The notes under the pieces were generated by a model that ran no database searches, was not told the origin of the DNA, and saw only the letters and a program-made list of their open reading frames with translations. From the NCBI GenBank assembly GCA_043101125.1, contig JBICHT010000088.1, forward strand, positions 145 through 64,144: a stretch of 64,000 nt of DNA, in the 5' to 3' direction. The position numbers were made by a program, and so were the translations under genes. This stretch comes from Phycisphaerales bacterium JB050 (lineage in GTDB: Bacteria; Planctomycetota; Phycisphaerae; Phycisphaerales; UBA1924). Positions 27,574-38,396 of the stretch are shown one piece after another. Position 1 is the first letter of the stretch; the number at the start of each line of letters is the position of its first letter.

Positions 27574-29748
27574 ATGTACCCGACTTTGCGTGATTTCGTG
27601 GAAGAACTCGACCGCCTTGGCGAATTGGTGCGCGTCTCCGAGCCGGTTTCGCCGCTCCTTGAGATCACCGAGATCGTCGATCGCGTCAGCAAAGCCCGAT
27701 GCGCGAACACCCCCGGAGACTGGGCCCGGCGCACCGATCCGAGGTTCTTCGATCGCGGCGGGCACGCCCTCCTCTTCGAAAATGTCGTCGTCCCCGGCGG
27801 GAAAAAATCCCGATTTCCCGTCTTGATCAACACCTTCGGGTCCTACAGCCGCATGGCCCTCGCGCTGCACTGCGGGGCCGATGTGCGGAACATGACTGGC
27901 GGGATCCACGGCGGCTTCGAAGGCATCGCTCAGCGCCTCGGCGAACTCGTCAAGCCCGAGCCGCCGCGCGGCCTGCGGGATGCCCTCGCCAAGGCCCGCC
28001 AGTTTGCGCCACTTCTCAAGATCGCCCCCAAGCGGGTCTCGCGCGGCGTCTGCCAGGAGGTCATCTATTCCGGCGACGAAGTCGATCTGTCCATCCTGCC
28101 CGCGCTGCGCTGTTGGCCGCACGACGGCGACTACCACGCCCTCGGCTATCCGCACCCCGCCCAGGTGAACGACCCGATCCCGGGCATTACGCCGTTCGAT
28201 GAGGCCGAAGAATCGGGGCTGCGCGGTCGCTACATCACCCTCTCCGGTGTCCACACCATCCACGCCGACGATGCCGACGCGAAAAAGCCCGCGAGCCACA
28301 ACATCGGCATGTACCGGGTCCAGATGCTCGGCAAGAACCGTCTGGCCATGCACTGGCACATGCACCACGACGGGGCCAACCACTGGCGGAGTTGGAAGCG
28401 CAAGGGCAAGCGCATGCCCGTTGCCATCGCGCTCGGCGGCGAGAGCGTCCTGCCCTACGCCGCGACCGCACCGCTCCCTCCGGGCATCAGCGAACTCCTG
28501 ATGGCCGGATACCTCAACAGCATCGGCGGAGGAGGCGGCATCCGCCTCACCCGAGGCGTGACCGTCCCGATCTGGGTGCCCGCGAACGCCGAGATCATCA
28601 TCGAGGGCTATGTGTCGCACGAGGCCGGCCACATCGGCTACGACCCCCGCGATCCCGAGGCGGGACCGCTCGGCGAGGGCGCGGTCTTCGAGGGGCCGTT
28701 CGGCGACCACACCGGCTTCTACTCGATGCCCGATCGTTACCCCATCCTCGAAGTCACCGCGATCACGCACCGCCACAATGCGATCTACCCGACCACCGTC
28801 GTCGGACTCCCCCCGCAGGAGGACTACTTCCTCGGCAAGGCGACCGAGCGGGTGTTCTTCCCGCTGCTCAAGACGCTGATCCACGACATCGAGGACTACG
28901 ACCTGCCGATGTTCGGCGCGTTCCACAATTGCGCATTCCTCTGTGTCAACAAGCAGTACCCGCTGCAGGCCCGGCGCGTCATGCACGCCGTCTGGGGCGC
29001 GGGCCAGATGGCATGGACCAAGAACCTCTTCGTGGTCGACGCCGAAACGGTCGATGTCCACGACACCCGTTCCGTCTTCAAAGCCATGGCCCTGCACTGC
29101 GATCCGTCGCGAGACATCGAGTTGGTCAACGGCCCCCTGGATATTCTCGACCACGCCGCCCCGCGTCTGGGCGCGGGCACCAAGGTCGGGTTCGACTGCA
29201 CCCCCAAAATCCCGGGCGAAGAAGTGAACGGCGTTCCCGTCCCGGAATCGTCAGCGAAGCGCAAGCCGCTCGCGGGATCCGATCGCGATGACTATGTCAG
29301 CCGCGTTCGAGAGATCCGTGGTGTGAAACACGCCACCATGCCCGACGATGCCTCGGGCGCGTGGCTGTTCATCAGTATCGAAGCCCCGGAGGACGACTCC
29401 GATCGTGTCAGCATGGTGCTCGATGAACTCTGGCCCATCACCGTGTCCGGTCAGAGCGACCGAGCGCCGCGGTTCGTCTGCGTCGTCGATGCCTCGGTGG
29501 ATCTCACCAGCACCGATGAGGTGCTGTTCCACTGGTGTGCCAACACAGACTCCGGGCGCGATCTGTTCTGGAGCCCGGACCGATCACGCTGCGCCTTCGA
29601 CGCCACGCCGAAGTCGCCGGGCGCACCGTCCGACGGGCGGAACGCCCAGCCGGTCCGCGAGTGGCCGCCGATCTTGGAGAACGACCCCGAGGTGAAGCGA
29701 CGCGTCACCGAGCAGTGGGGCGGGTACAACATCCCGCTCAACGACTGA
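27574..29748 (+). CDS. UbiD-family (prenyl-FMN-dependent) decarboxylase, long form
   Basis: YPTLRDFVEELDRLGELVRVSEPVSPLLEITEIVDRV is a typical UbiD N-terminus. The UbiD core runs throughout (RLAMHWHMHHDG, FGDHTGFYS). Start uncertain (ATG 27523, 27544 or 27574). Confidence 0.85.
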   Translation: MYPTLRDFVEELDRLGELVRVSEPVSPLLEITEIVDRVSKARCANTPGDWARRTDPRFFDRGGHALLFENVVVPGGKKSRFPVLINTFGSYSRMALALHCGADVRNMTGGIHGGFEGIAQRLGELVKPEPPRGLRDALAKARQFAPLLKIAPKRVSRGVCQEVIYSGDEVDLSILPALRCWPHDGDYHALGYPHPAQVNDPIPGITPFDEAEESGLRGRYITLSGVHTIHADDADAKKPASHNIGMYRVQMLGKNRLAMHWHMHHDGANHWRSWKRKGKRMPVAIALGGESVLPYAATAPLPPGISELLMAGYLNSIGGGGGIRLTRGVTVPIWVPANAEIIIEGYVSHEAGHIGYDPRDPEAGPLGEGAVFEGPFGDHTGFYSMPDRYPILEVTAITHRHNAIYPTTVVGLPPQEDYFLGKATERVFFPLLKTLIHDIEDYDLPMFGAFHNCAFLCVNKQYPLQARRVMHAVWGAGQMAWTKNLFVVDAETVDVHDTRSVFKAMALHCDPSRDIELVNGPLDILDHAAPRLGAGTKVGFDCTPKIPGEEVNGVPVPESSAKRKPLAGSDRDDYVSRVREIRGVKHATMPDDASGAWLFISIEAPEDDSDRVSMVLDELWPITVSGQSDRAPRFVCVVDASVDLTSTDEVLFHWCANTDSGRDLFWSPDRSRCAFDATPKSPGAPSDGRNAQPVREWPPILENDPEVKRRVTEQWGGYNIPLND

Positions 29749-29760
29749 GTTCACAGACCG

Positions 29761-31029
29761 TCAAACCGTCGCGGCCTTGGCCGCCTGCTCCTCGCAGATC
29801 TGCGCCAACGCATCCGTCGCGTACTTCACATCCTGCACGCTCAGGAACGGCCCGAGGCTGAAGCGACACGCCCCGGCCATCTCCGCGCCGACGCTCGCCG
29901 GATCGGTCCGCATCGTCTCGTGCGCGTGCGGGGCGCAGTGCAGGCCCGGTCGCGTCAGCACGCCGAACCGGCGTTCCAGTTCCTGAGCGAGTTCGAGCGG
30001 GGACATCCCGTCCACCGTCACCGCGAACACCCCGACCCGGTCCGCTACACCCTGTGGCCCAAGCAGGCGAAGCCCCGGCAGAAGGTGTCCGCTCGAATCG
30101 TGGATACCCCGCAGGAATTGCTCGGACAGTTCCCGCTCGTGCCGGGCGAGGTCGTCCATCCCCCGTTCGAGCAGGTATTCCACGCCAGCGAGAAGCCCGG
30201 CAATACCCATCGTATTGTGGGAACCGGATTCGTACTTGTCCGGGAGGTCCAGCGGGTGGGTCGGCTGTTCACTGATCGAGCCAGTCCCGCCCTCACGCGT
30301 CGTGTGGATCATCCGTTCCATCCCCGGACGCATGACCAGCACGCCCGTGCCCAGCGGACCGAGCAATCCTTTGTGGCCGGGCGCGGCGAGCAGGTCGATG
30401 TTCATCTCCTGTATGTCAACAGGAATATGCCCCACCGACTGGGCCGCGTCCACCAGCAGCGGCACGGCCATGGCGCGACAAACAGCCCCGATCGCCTCAA
30501 TTGGCTGCAGGGAACCGGTCACATTCGAGGCGTGCACCGCCGCGACCAGGCGTGTATCGGGGCGGATCGCCCGGCGGACCGCTTCAGGGTCTACCAAGCC
30601 GGTTTGGGGGTCGGCTTCAACAATGGTCTGGGTCAGAAGCCCGTCAAACTGGGAAATCAGGGCGTTCAGCGGGCGGAGCACCGAGTTGTGATCCATCGCG
30701 GTCGTGACTACATGGACGCTCTCGCCGGTCGCCAGCCGAGGCAGCAGAAGCCCCTTGATCGCCAGATTCAGAGCATCGGTCGTGTTCAGCGTGAAGATCA
30801 CATGCTCGGCCGACGGGGCGTTGAGCAGTTCCCGGATGGCCTCGCGGCAGCGGGACAGAATCTGGGCCGATTCCTGAGCCTCCCGGTAGGCCCCACGCCC
30901 CGGTGAGGCACCGAGTCTGGTGGCATAGTCAGTCATCGCGCGGACGACCGAAGCCGGTTTGGGGAAACTGGTCGCCGCGTTGTCAAAGTACACGCGTTCA
31001 CTGGATGCACCGGTCAGTTCGCTGGCCAT
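29761..31029 (-). CDS. class V aminotransferase / cysteine desulfurase family
   Basis: YFDNAATSFP, HASNVTG and the PLP-Lys context PGHKGLLGPLGTG. 422 aa. Confidence 0.85.
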   Translation of the reverse strand: MASELTGASSERVYFDNAATSFPKPASVVRAMTDYATRLGASPGRGAYREAQESAQILSRCREAIRELLNAPSAEHVIFTLNTTDALNLAIKGLLLPRLATGESVHVVTTAMDHNSVLRPLNALISQFDGLLTQTIVEADPQTGLVDPEAVRRAIRPDTRLVAAVHASNVTGSLQPIEAIGAVCRAMAVPLLVDAAQSVGHIPVDIQEMNIDLLAAPGHKGLLGPLGTGVLVMRPGMERMIHTTREGGTGSISEQPTHPLDLPDKYESGSHNTMGIAGLLAGVEYLLERGMDDLARHERELSEQFLRGIHDSSGHLLPGLRLLGPQGVADRVGVFAVTVDGMSPLELAQELERRFGVLTRPGLHCAPHAHETMRTDPASVGAEMAGACRFSLGPFLSVQDVKYATDALAQICEEQAAKAATV

Positions 31030-31179
31030 GGAGGCAGTGTAGACGCTCCCAAGGCCATGAACAGCCCGATCTCGGTTTGCTTCTACCCGACATCGGTAAA
31101 CCGTTAGAATCGGGGGTCATTCATCCCAGATCCCCTGTCGCGTCCGCCACTCTGCAACGCGAACTCGCGGAGAACACCC

Positions 31180-33600
31180 ATGCGTTCTGACTCATTCGGC
31201 TCCCGCATCACTCGCCTGGTCTCGACCGGGCTGCTCTTGACTCTCGGCGTGCTCTTGGGACTACCCGCCAGTGCTTCCGCTGACGAGTGGTTCGAACGGG
31301 CTCAGAAAGACATGGGGCTGGTCACGGGCAATCTCTCGGCTGAGGAAGTCCTGTTTCCAGCCATGATCGCCATGGATGAGTTGCCGTTTGATATCAGCGA
31401 TCAGCCCAACCCATTCGCATACATCATCTCTCTCCCACGCGGCAGCAGCGAGAGGCAGAGCCTGATCGAGTGGGTTCAATCGCCGAACCAGCAGGCAGTG
31501 CTCGAAGCGGTCCGCACCGTTGCGGACCCGGACGCGAACTACATGTTTTCGCTCCAGATCGGCACTGACAAGGTGAAGCCAGAGTGGGCTGAGGCGGGTT
31601 TCTGCATCGAGAGCGGTTTGGACGACCTGATTCTCGACGCGGATTACGGGTACCTCGATCAGATGGGTAATCGCATTCTCGTCATTATGTACACGAACGG
31701 CATCGCGAAGGCCGAAGGCGGCGAGGGTGACGACGCTCTGTTGGACTACGCGAAGTTCATCGCTTTGTACCGTCTGCTTCTTGAGCGCCCGTCATACGAA
31801 GAAAAAAGACACGCATTGAATGGGATTCAGATCTGCATCCAAGCGATGACCGATCTGGTCTACCAGTACACCAGACCCGGCGACAATGCGTTTACGGCAA
31901 GAGGCATCGCGGATGCGGTGCTGGAGACCGATGACGCGGTCCAGCGATTCCGTTTCCGGGATTTCGCTCTGCCGACACTCACGGAATACGCGGTCCATCA
32001 GGCCTTTGACTGGGCCACGCAGGGGGGGCGACGCGTCGATCCGACACGCTTCGCGGCACTCATGTCCCTCTTGCACTGGAGTGAGCCTGAGGGGTTGGAG
32101 CGATTCGGTGTGTACGCGGTCAGCCAGAGCATCGGCTCTCTCCAACTCGATCGCGTCTCTTTTGAGCAACGCGTCCAGGATGTCTTCGCAGACTACAACC
32201 GCAGATGGAACTACACCGACCTTCATGACCCGGATCTCGAAGTGGACTCGGTCGGGTCCAACTCCTGGATGGACTACGAAATCATCACGCGACTCGTGGA
32301 GTTTCAATATCCGCCGCTGTTCGACAGGCGGCTCGAGATGCTCACCAATCTTGCCGGCATGCGTTGCGCGCTCGGTGTCGTGGCGTTCAAACTTGAAAAC
32401 GGCACGCTGCCGGGGCAGATCGTCGCGATCCAGCCGAGGTATGTCCGGTCGCTGGCCAACAACCTGGATCACTTGAACTACAACGAGCGGATCTCTGCCG
32501 CCGAACCGCTTCGATACTGGGTGCCGATTCGGGACGAGCGATTCGGCCCGCGCGAAACGCCGACTCCGTATGTCATCAAGGCGGTATTCAATTCTTACGG
32601 ATTTCCCGCTTCCGGCAACGGGATTCAGGCCGCTTCACGCGTGCTCGACCTGGCTGATGCGATCCGGTTCCCGGGTTTCGGGCAGACCTCGGATCAGTTG
32701 ACCGATGGCGACAACCCGTTTGACCCGTCGGAACTCGGCCACATGGCCGGCATCGATTTCGAGGCATTCACCGGCATCCGTGCCGAGCAGACCGTTCGCA
32801 ACTTTGTTCGTGACGGTTCTCTGCCCCGGTTCGGGCTTCCCGAGGAAGCGCACGAAAGCCTGGAGGCGTACTTCGCCGGTGAATCCGACACCTTCGACTA
32901 CGAGGCGCTCCGGGAACTCATGAAGCAGGGCATCGCGCAGGAGCCTCCGACGGAGCGCGACGCCAACCAACTGTCCGTCGCGCTGTCTGCACTCGCGCTG
33001 CTCGGCATGAATCCGGACAACATGGCTCAGAAGATACGCGAGCAGATGCAAGAGGCGATCGAGCAGAACAAACCCGATATCCCCGCCGGCATCGATCCGA
33101 GTTTCTTCGGGGAGTCACCGCTCGAGCAGGCATTCGGGATGGGAGATTCCGAAAAGATCAGTCAGATTCTGTTCGGGAAATCGCAGTCGCAGTTGATGGA
33201 CTTCTTCGTTGACATCATCAACCGCATTGCCACCATGCCCAGCTTCCGCAACGCGGTGACCAAGGCCAATCGCGGTGAATTCCTGAACGCGAGTCAGTTC
33301 TCACAGTTGCTCAGAGACGCCGTGGACGCTCTGGTGGTTCCCGAGGTCATGACCCCTCTGCGGGACATGCTCGTCCATCTTCGCTCGAGTGAGGTGGGGG
33401 ATACGCTCCTTCAAGGGGATGGCGCAGAGAGCTCCGGCGATCCGGTCACCTTTGCCCTCGACGAGAACTCGTTCCTGCTCTACAGCGTGGGATACAACGG
33501 CATGGACGACCGGGCCACCCTTCTCGACAACGGTGCCGCTGGCGATATTGCCTACTGGCCGCCGTACATGAGCCTCTACCGCGAGTATCTGAACCGCTGA
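31180..33600 (+). CDS. secreted protein of unknown function, 806 aa
   Basis: ATG 31180 with GGAG 8 nt upstream. Signal peptide LLLTLGVLLGLPASASA/DE. No family recognised. Real-protein composition (many W/Y/F/D/E). Confidence 0.7.
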   Translation: MRSDSFGSRITRLVSTGLLLTLGVLLGLPASASADEWFERAQKDMGLVTGNLSAEEVLFPAMIAMDELPFDISDQPNPFAYIISLPRGSSERQSLIEWVQSPNQQAVLEAVRTVADPDANYMFSLQIGTDKVKPEWAEAGFCIESGLDDLILDADYGYLDQMGNRILVIMYTNGIAKAEGGEGDDALLDYAKFIALYRLLLERPSYEEKRHALNGIQICIQAMTDLVYQYTRPGDNAFTARGIADAVLETDDAVQRFRFRDFALPTLTEYAVHQAFDWATQGGRRVDPTRFAALMSLLHWSEPEGLERFGVYAVSQSIGSLQLDRVSFEQRVQDVFADYNRRWNYTDLHDPDLEVDSVGSNSWMDYEIITRLVEFQYPPLFDRRLEMLTNLAGMRCALGVVAFKLENGTLPGQIVAIQPRYVRSLANNLDHLNYNERISAAEPLRYWVPIRDERFGPRETPTPYVIKAVFNSYGFPASGNGIQAASRVLDLADAIRFPGFGQTSDQLTDGDNPFDPSELGHMAGIDFEAFTGIRAEQTVRNFVRDGSLPRFGLPEEAHESLEAYFAGESDTFDYEALRELMKQGIAQEPPTERDANQLSVALSALALLGMNPDNMAQKIREQMQEAIEQNKPDIPAGIDPSFFGESPLEQAFGMGDSEKISQILFGKSQSQLMDFFVDIINRIATMPSFRNAVTKANRGEFLNASQFSQLLRDAVDALVVPEVMTPLRDMLVHLRSSEVGDTLLQGDGAESSGDPVTFALDENSFLLYSVGYNGMDDRATLLDNGAAGDIAYWPPYMSLYREYLNR

Positions 33601-33714
33601 TCCCCGCGGAATAATCTGCCCCCCGGGGTGGTTCGACAGATTCGCCAGCACCGCCGGTCTCTCGCCGGCGGTTTTCATCCCGCATACGCCACTCTTCCTG
33701 ATACGAGCACACGC

Positions 33715-34722
33715 ATGTCCGATTCCTCGACCGACACTATCCACAACCTTGTCATCATCGGCTCCGGCCCCGCCGGCTGGACGGCTGCCATCTACGCCGC
33801 CCGCGCCAACCTCAACCCGGTCTGCTACATCGGTGTGCCCAAATCCAATCCCTCCCCCGTCCTTCCCGGCGGCCAACTCATGCTCACCACGGAAGTCGAG
33901 AACTACCCCGGCTTCCCCGACGGCGTGACCGGCCCGGACATGATGGGCAAGTTCCAGAAACAGGCCGAGCGCTTCGGGACCAAGGTCGTGATGGAGGACA
34001 TCGTCGAGGTTGACTTCCAACCCGGCGGCCCGCACACCCTCAAGACCTCCGGCGGCAAAACCATCCGTACCCACGCCGTCATCATCGCCACCGGCGCCAC
34101 CGCCAACTGGATCGGTCTCGAGAACGAGATGCGCCTGGCCATGTCCGGCGGCGGTGTCTCCGCCTGCGCCGTCTGCGACGGTGCCCTGCCCGCCTTCCGC
34201 AACCAGCCCCTCGCCGTCGTCGGAGGCGGTGACACCGCGATGGAAGAGGCCACCTACCTCACCAAGTTCGGATCCAAGGTCTATGTCATCCACCGACGCG
34301 ATGAACTGCGTGCTTCAAAGGTCATGCAGAATCGATTCATGTCCCAGCCCAACGCCGAGGTGCTTTGGAACAAGGTCGTCGTCGATGTCCTCGGCGACAA
34401 CACCATCACTGGTGTCCGTCTCAAGGACACCCAAACCGGCGAGGAATCTGACCTTGAGGTGAAGGGCCTTTTCGTCGCCATCGGCCACACCCCGGCGTCC
34501 GGCTTCCTCAAGGACTCCGGTTTGGATTTTGATTCCAAGGGCTACATCAAACTCAACACCCGCCACAGCCACACCAACATCGAAGGTGTTTTCGCGGCCG
34601 GCGATGTCGCCGATGCGGAGTACCGCCAGGCGATCACCGCCGCGGGCATGGGCTGTCAGGCCGCGCTCGACGCCGAACGCTGGCTCGCCTCACGCCTCGA
34701 AGAAGCGCCCGCTACGGCCTGA
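33715..34722 (+). CDS. trxB: thioredoxin-disulfide reductase
   Basis: GSGPAGWTAAIYAARA (FAD), the redox-active CAVCDG, GGGDTAMEEA (NADPH) and FAAGDV. Start trimmed from 33628 to ATG 33715. Confidence 0.92.
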   Translation: MSDSSTDTIHNLVIIGSGPAGWTAAIYAARANLNPVCYIGVPKSNPSPVLPGGQLMLTTEVENYPGFPDGVTGPDMMGKFQKQAERFGTKVVMEDIVEVDFQPGGPHTLKTSGGKTIRTHAVIIATGATANWIGLENEMRLAMSGGGVSACAVCDGALPAFRNQPLAVVGGGDTAMEEATYLTKFGSKVYVIHRRDELRASKVMQNRFMSQPNAEVLWNKVVVDVLGDNTITGVRLKDTQTGEESDLEVKGLFVAIGHTPASGFLKDSGLDFDSKGYIKLNTRHSHTNIEGVFAAGDVADAEYRQAITAAGMGCQAALDAERWLASRLEEAPATA

Positions 34723-34775
34723 CCCGAAAATCTGGAAGAAGCGTTCTCCGCGCCTCTGAGGCGCAAACGATGCGC

Positions 34776-35471
34776 TCAGACCGCCACCGCCAGCCGATCA
34801 AGGCGGTCCTGCGCGCTCGCACGGACCGAACCGGCCAGAACCGTACCCGGCTTGGCTTCGACCACCGCGTTCGGCGCGGCTCGCTGCAAGCGATTCGGGC
34901 CGAGTGCATCCCGCCCGATCGGCAACCGGTGGTAGAGGCGGAAGAGCGTGATGCCCGGCTGGACATGGCGCAGGGCCAGTTCGTGCAGAGCGTGCTCGCA
35001 GGCATCGTCGGCGATCAGGATGGTGTCCGCATGTTCCGGCAGGGCGGGATCATCGATCTGCAGCATCGGGATGCCAATCTCCATCGCGGGCTCGGTTTCG
35101 TCCGGGCGATCGATAAACGCCGTCAGCGGCAGGCTCTGCATCCCCGTGATGTTCTCCTGCAGCCAGAATGCGTGTTTCCGGGAGCCGAACACCGCCAGTC
35201 GGCTGCTGCCCCGCCCGATCATGTGGTCCACCATCCGGTCCAGACGCTCCGCGAGGTACGCCAGCAGCATCTCTTCCGAGGTGAATTGCTCAGCCTGATG
35301 CTGGTATGGAGCAGAGGGACGGGAGCCATCGACGGCGGTATGCATGACGGGCCTTTCAGAACCGGGAGCGCGGGTGTCCATCGCACTCCGCGAATCGCGT
35401 GCCACCGGCACCCCACCCCGAGAGCATTGCTGGTCATGGCAGTGGGGCATACACTGGGCAGGATCCGTCAT
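34776..35471 (-). CDS. hypothetical protein
   Basis: Only the ORF and plausible composition in the C-terminal two thirds support this call. ATG 35345 with a GAAAGG SD is a likely alternative start. No family recognised. Confidence 0.45.
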   Translation of the reverse strand: MTDPAQCMPHCHDQQCSRGGVPVARDSRSAMDTRAPGSERPVMHTAVDGSRPSAPYQHQAEQFTSEEMLLAYLAERLDRMVDHMIGRGSSRLAVFGSRKHAFWLQENITGMQSLPLTAFIDRPDETEPAMEIGIPMLQIDDPALPEHADTILIADDACEHALHELALRHVQPGITLFRLYHRLPIGRDALGPNRLQRAAPNAVVEAKPGTVLAGSVRASAQDRLDRLAVAV

Positions 35472-35515
35472 GACAACCCGGTTGAGCGACGCTCAGACCG
35501 CCCCCGGAGCCTCCC

Positions 35516-36505
35516 GTGAACGACTCGATGCCTTCCCAGACCGTCGCCATCGCCGGCGCCACCGGCTTTGTCGGCCGCTATGTCACCCGCGAACTCCTCT
35601 CGCGCGGCTACGCCGTCCGGGCGCTGGTCCGCTCGACCGAGAAAGCCTCGGAGGTCCTGCCCGAGGACTCCAGGCTCACCCTGGTTCAGGGGGACATCTT
35701 CGAACCCGAGACACCCGCCAAACTCCTCGACGGTGCCACGGCCGTTGTGAATTGCATCGGCATTCGGCGCGAGGTCGGCCGGATCACCTTTGAGAAGATG
35801 CATGTCCGCGTGGTCGAGATCCTCATCGACGCCGCGATAGCCGCCGGTGCGGACCGGTTTGTGCAGATCTCCGCCCTGGGTACGCGACCGAACGCCAAGA
35901 CCGAGTACCACCGCAGCAAGTTCGCCGGGGAATCGCTCCTGCGCCGTAGTGGCCTCGACTGGACCATCCTCCGCCCCTCGCTCATCCACGGGCCAGACGG
36001 CGAACTGATGAAGATGATCAAGGACTGGTCGCTCGGACGCGCCGCTCCGCATGTCTTCATCCCGTACTTCGCTGATGCCGACATCGATCCGACGGCCTTC
36101 CCGCCCAAGCCCCCGAAGCCCAAGTCGGCCACCATGCAGCCCGTGTCGGTCGAGGCCGTCGCTGGCGCGGTCGCCGATTCGCTCGCGTCCCCGGAAACCA
36201 TCGGCGAGGTCTACCCGCTCGGTGGCGCCGAACGCCTGACCTGGCCCGAACTGCTCACGCATGTCCGCGACCACATCCCGATGGCGGGCAAGAAGCGGAT
36301 CGTCCCTATCCCGGCCCACCTCGGGCATGCGATGGCCGTCGCCGCCAAACCGCTCGGTCTGGCCCAGGCCCTGCCGTTTGGTCCGAGCGAACCGCTTATG
36401 GCCATCGAGGACAACACCTGCGACACGACCAAGGCCGAGCGTGACCTCGGCTTTGCACCGCCACCGTTCCGAGAGGCCGTCGTGTCGTACGCTGAGCGCA
36501 TCTGA
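35516..36505 (+). CDS. NAD(P)-binding SDR-type protein (NmrA/NDUFA9-like)
   Basis: IAGATGFVGRYVTRELLSRGYAVRALVR Rossmann motif and YHRSK active-site-like motif. Confidence 0.8.
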   Translation: MNDSMPSQTVAIAGATGFVGRYVTRELLSRGYAVRALVRSTEKASEVLPEDSRLTLVQGDIFEPETPAKLLDGATAVVNCIGIRREVGRITFEKMHVRVVEILIDAAIAAGADRFVQISALGTRPNAKTEYHRSKFAGESLLRRSGLDWTILRPSLIHGPDGELMKMIKDWSLGRAAPHVFIPYFADADIDPTAFPPKPPKPKSATMQPVSVEAVAGAVADSLASPETIGEVYPLGGAERLTWPELLTHVRDHIPMAGKKRIVPIPAHLGHAMAVAAKPLGLAQALPFGPSEPLMAIEDNTCDTTKAERDLGFAPPPFREAVVSYAERI

Positions 36506-36553
36506 TCCCCCGTGGCGCCCGGCGCCAGTCCCGAAAGACCACCGGACCCGACC

Positions 36554-37900
<1,347 letters not shown>

Positions 37901-37903
37901 TCG

Positions 37904-38374
37904 GTGAGTGAGCACTCTCTGAAACGCTCCCGCCAGATCTCCGAAGCCGACTACAGGCGGGAGCCACCGACCGACATCGACACGCTCTCGCAGGGCGACA
38001 AATCACAACCCTGGGCTCGAGCCATCCGCACGGACTGCCCACGCTGCCGATACGACCTCACCGGTCTGACGATCGGTTCCAACTGCCCCGAGTGTGGCAT
38101 CACGATCGGCACGGTGTCCGATCAGGAACTCCCGTCATCCGGCTTCGCGACCGCCGCGCTCGTCTTCGGCATCCTTGCGTTCCCCGGATGTGTCGCCATG
38201 GCCATTCCGACCCTCGTGTGCGGCATTCTCTCGGTCGCGTTCTGGCTCGTGACGGCTCAGGAAGTGAAAAAAGGGCACTGCTCCGCGTCGTCACTCGCCA
38301 CGGCACGAGCGGGCGCAGCATGCGGCATCACCGCCATGGTGTTCGTCGGGGCATTCCTGCTTCTGGTCCTTTAA
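37904..38374 (+). CDS. zinc-ribbon membrane protein of unknown function
   Basis: CPRCRYDLTGLTIGSNCPECG, followed by 2-3 TM helices. GTG start 3 nt after the upstream stop. Confidence 0.6.
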   Translation: MSEHSLKRSRQISEADYRREPPTDIDTLSQGDKSQPWARAIRTDCPRCRYDLTGLTIGSNCPECGITIGTVSDQELPSSGFATAALVFGILAFPGCVAMAIPTLVCGILSVAFWLVTAQEVKKGHCSASSLATARAGAACGITAMVFVGAFLLLVL

Positions 38375-38396
38375 CCAACCGCCGAGCGGGACAGGC

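Noticed and set aside
27472-29154. 560-aa - strand ORF, and similar long antisense ORFs (12284..13645 +, 19430..20671 +, 33301..34293 -, 39300..40382 +, 57885..58916 +, 23176..24012 +)
   Set aside because: Each lies opposite a gene with strong family signatures (UbiD, aldehyde dehydrogenase, GspF, trxB, aspS, katG, MscS). All have the skewed R/G/A/P/D composition of non-coding frames in high-G+C DNA.
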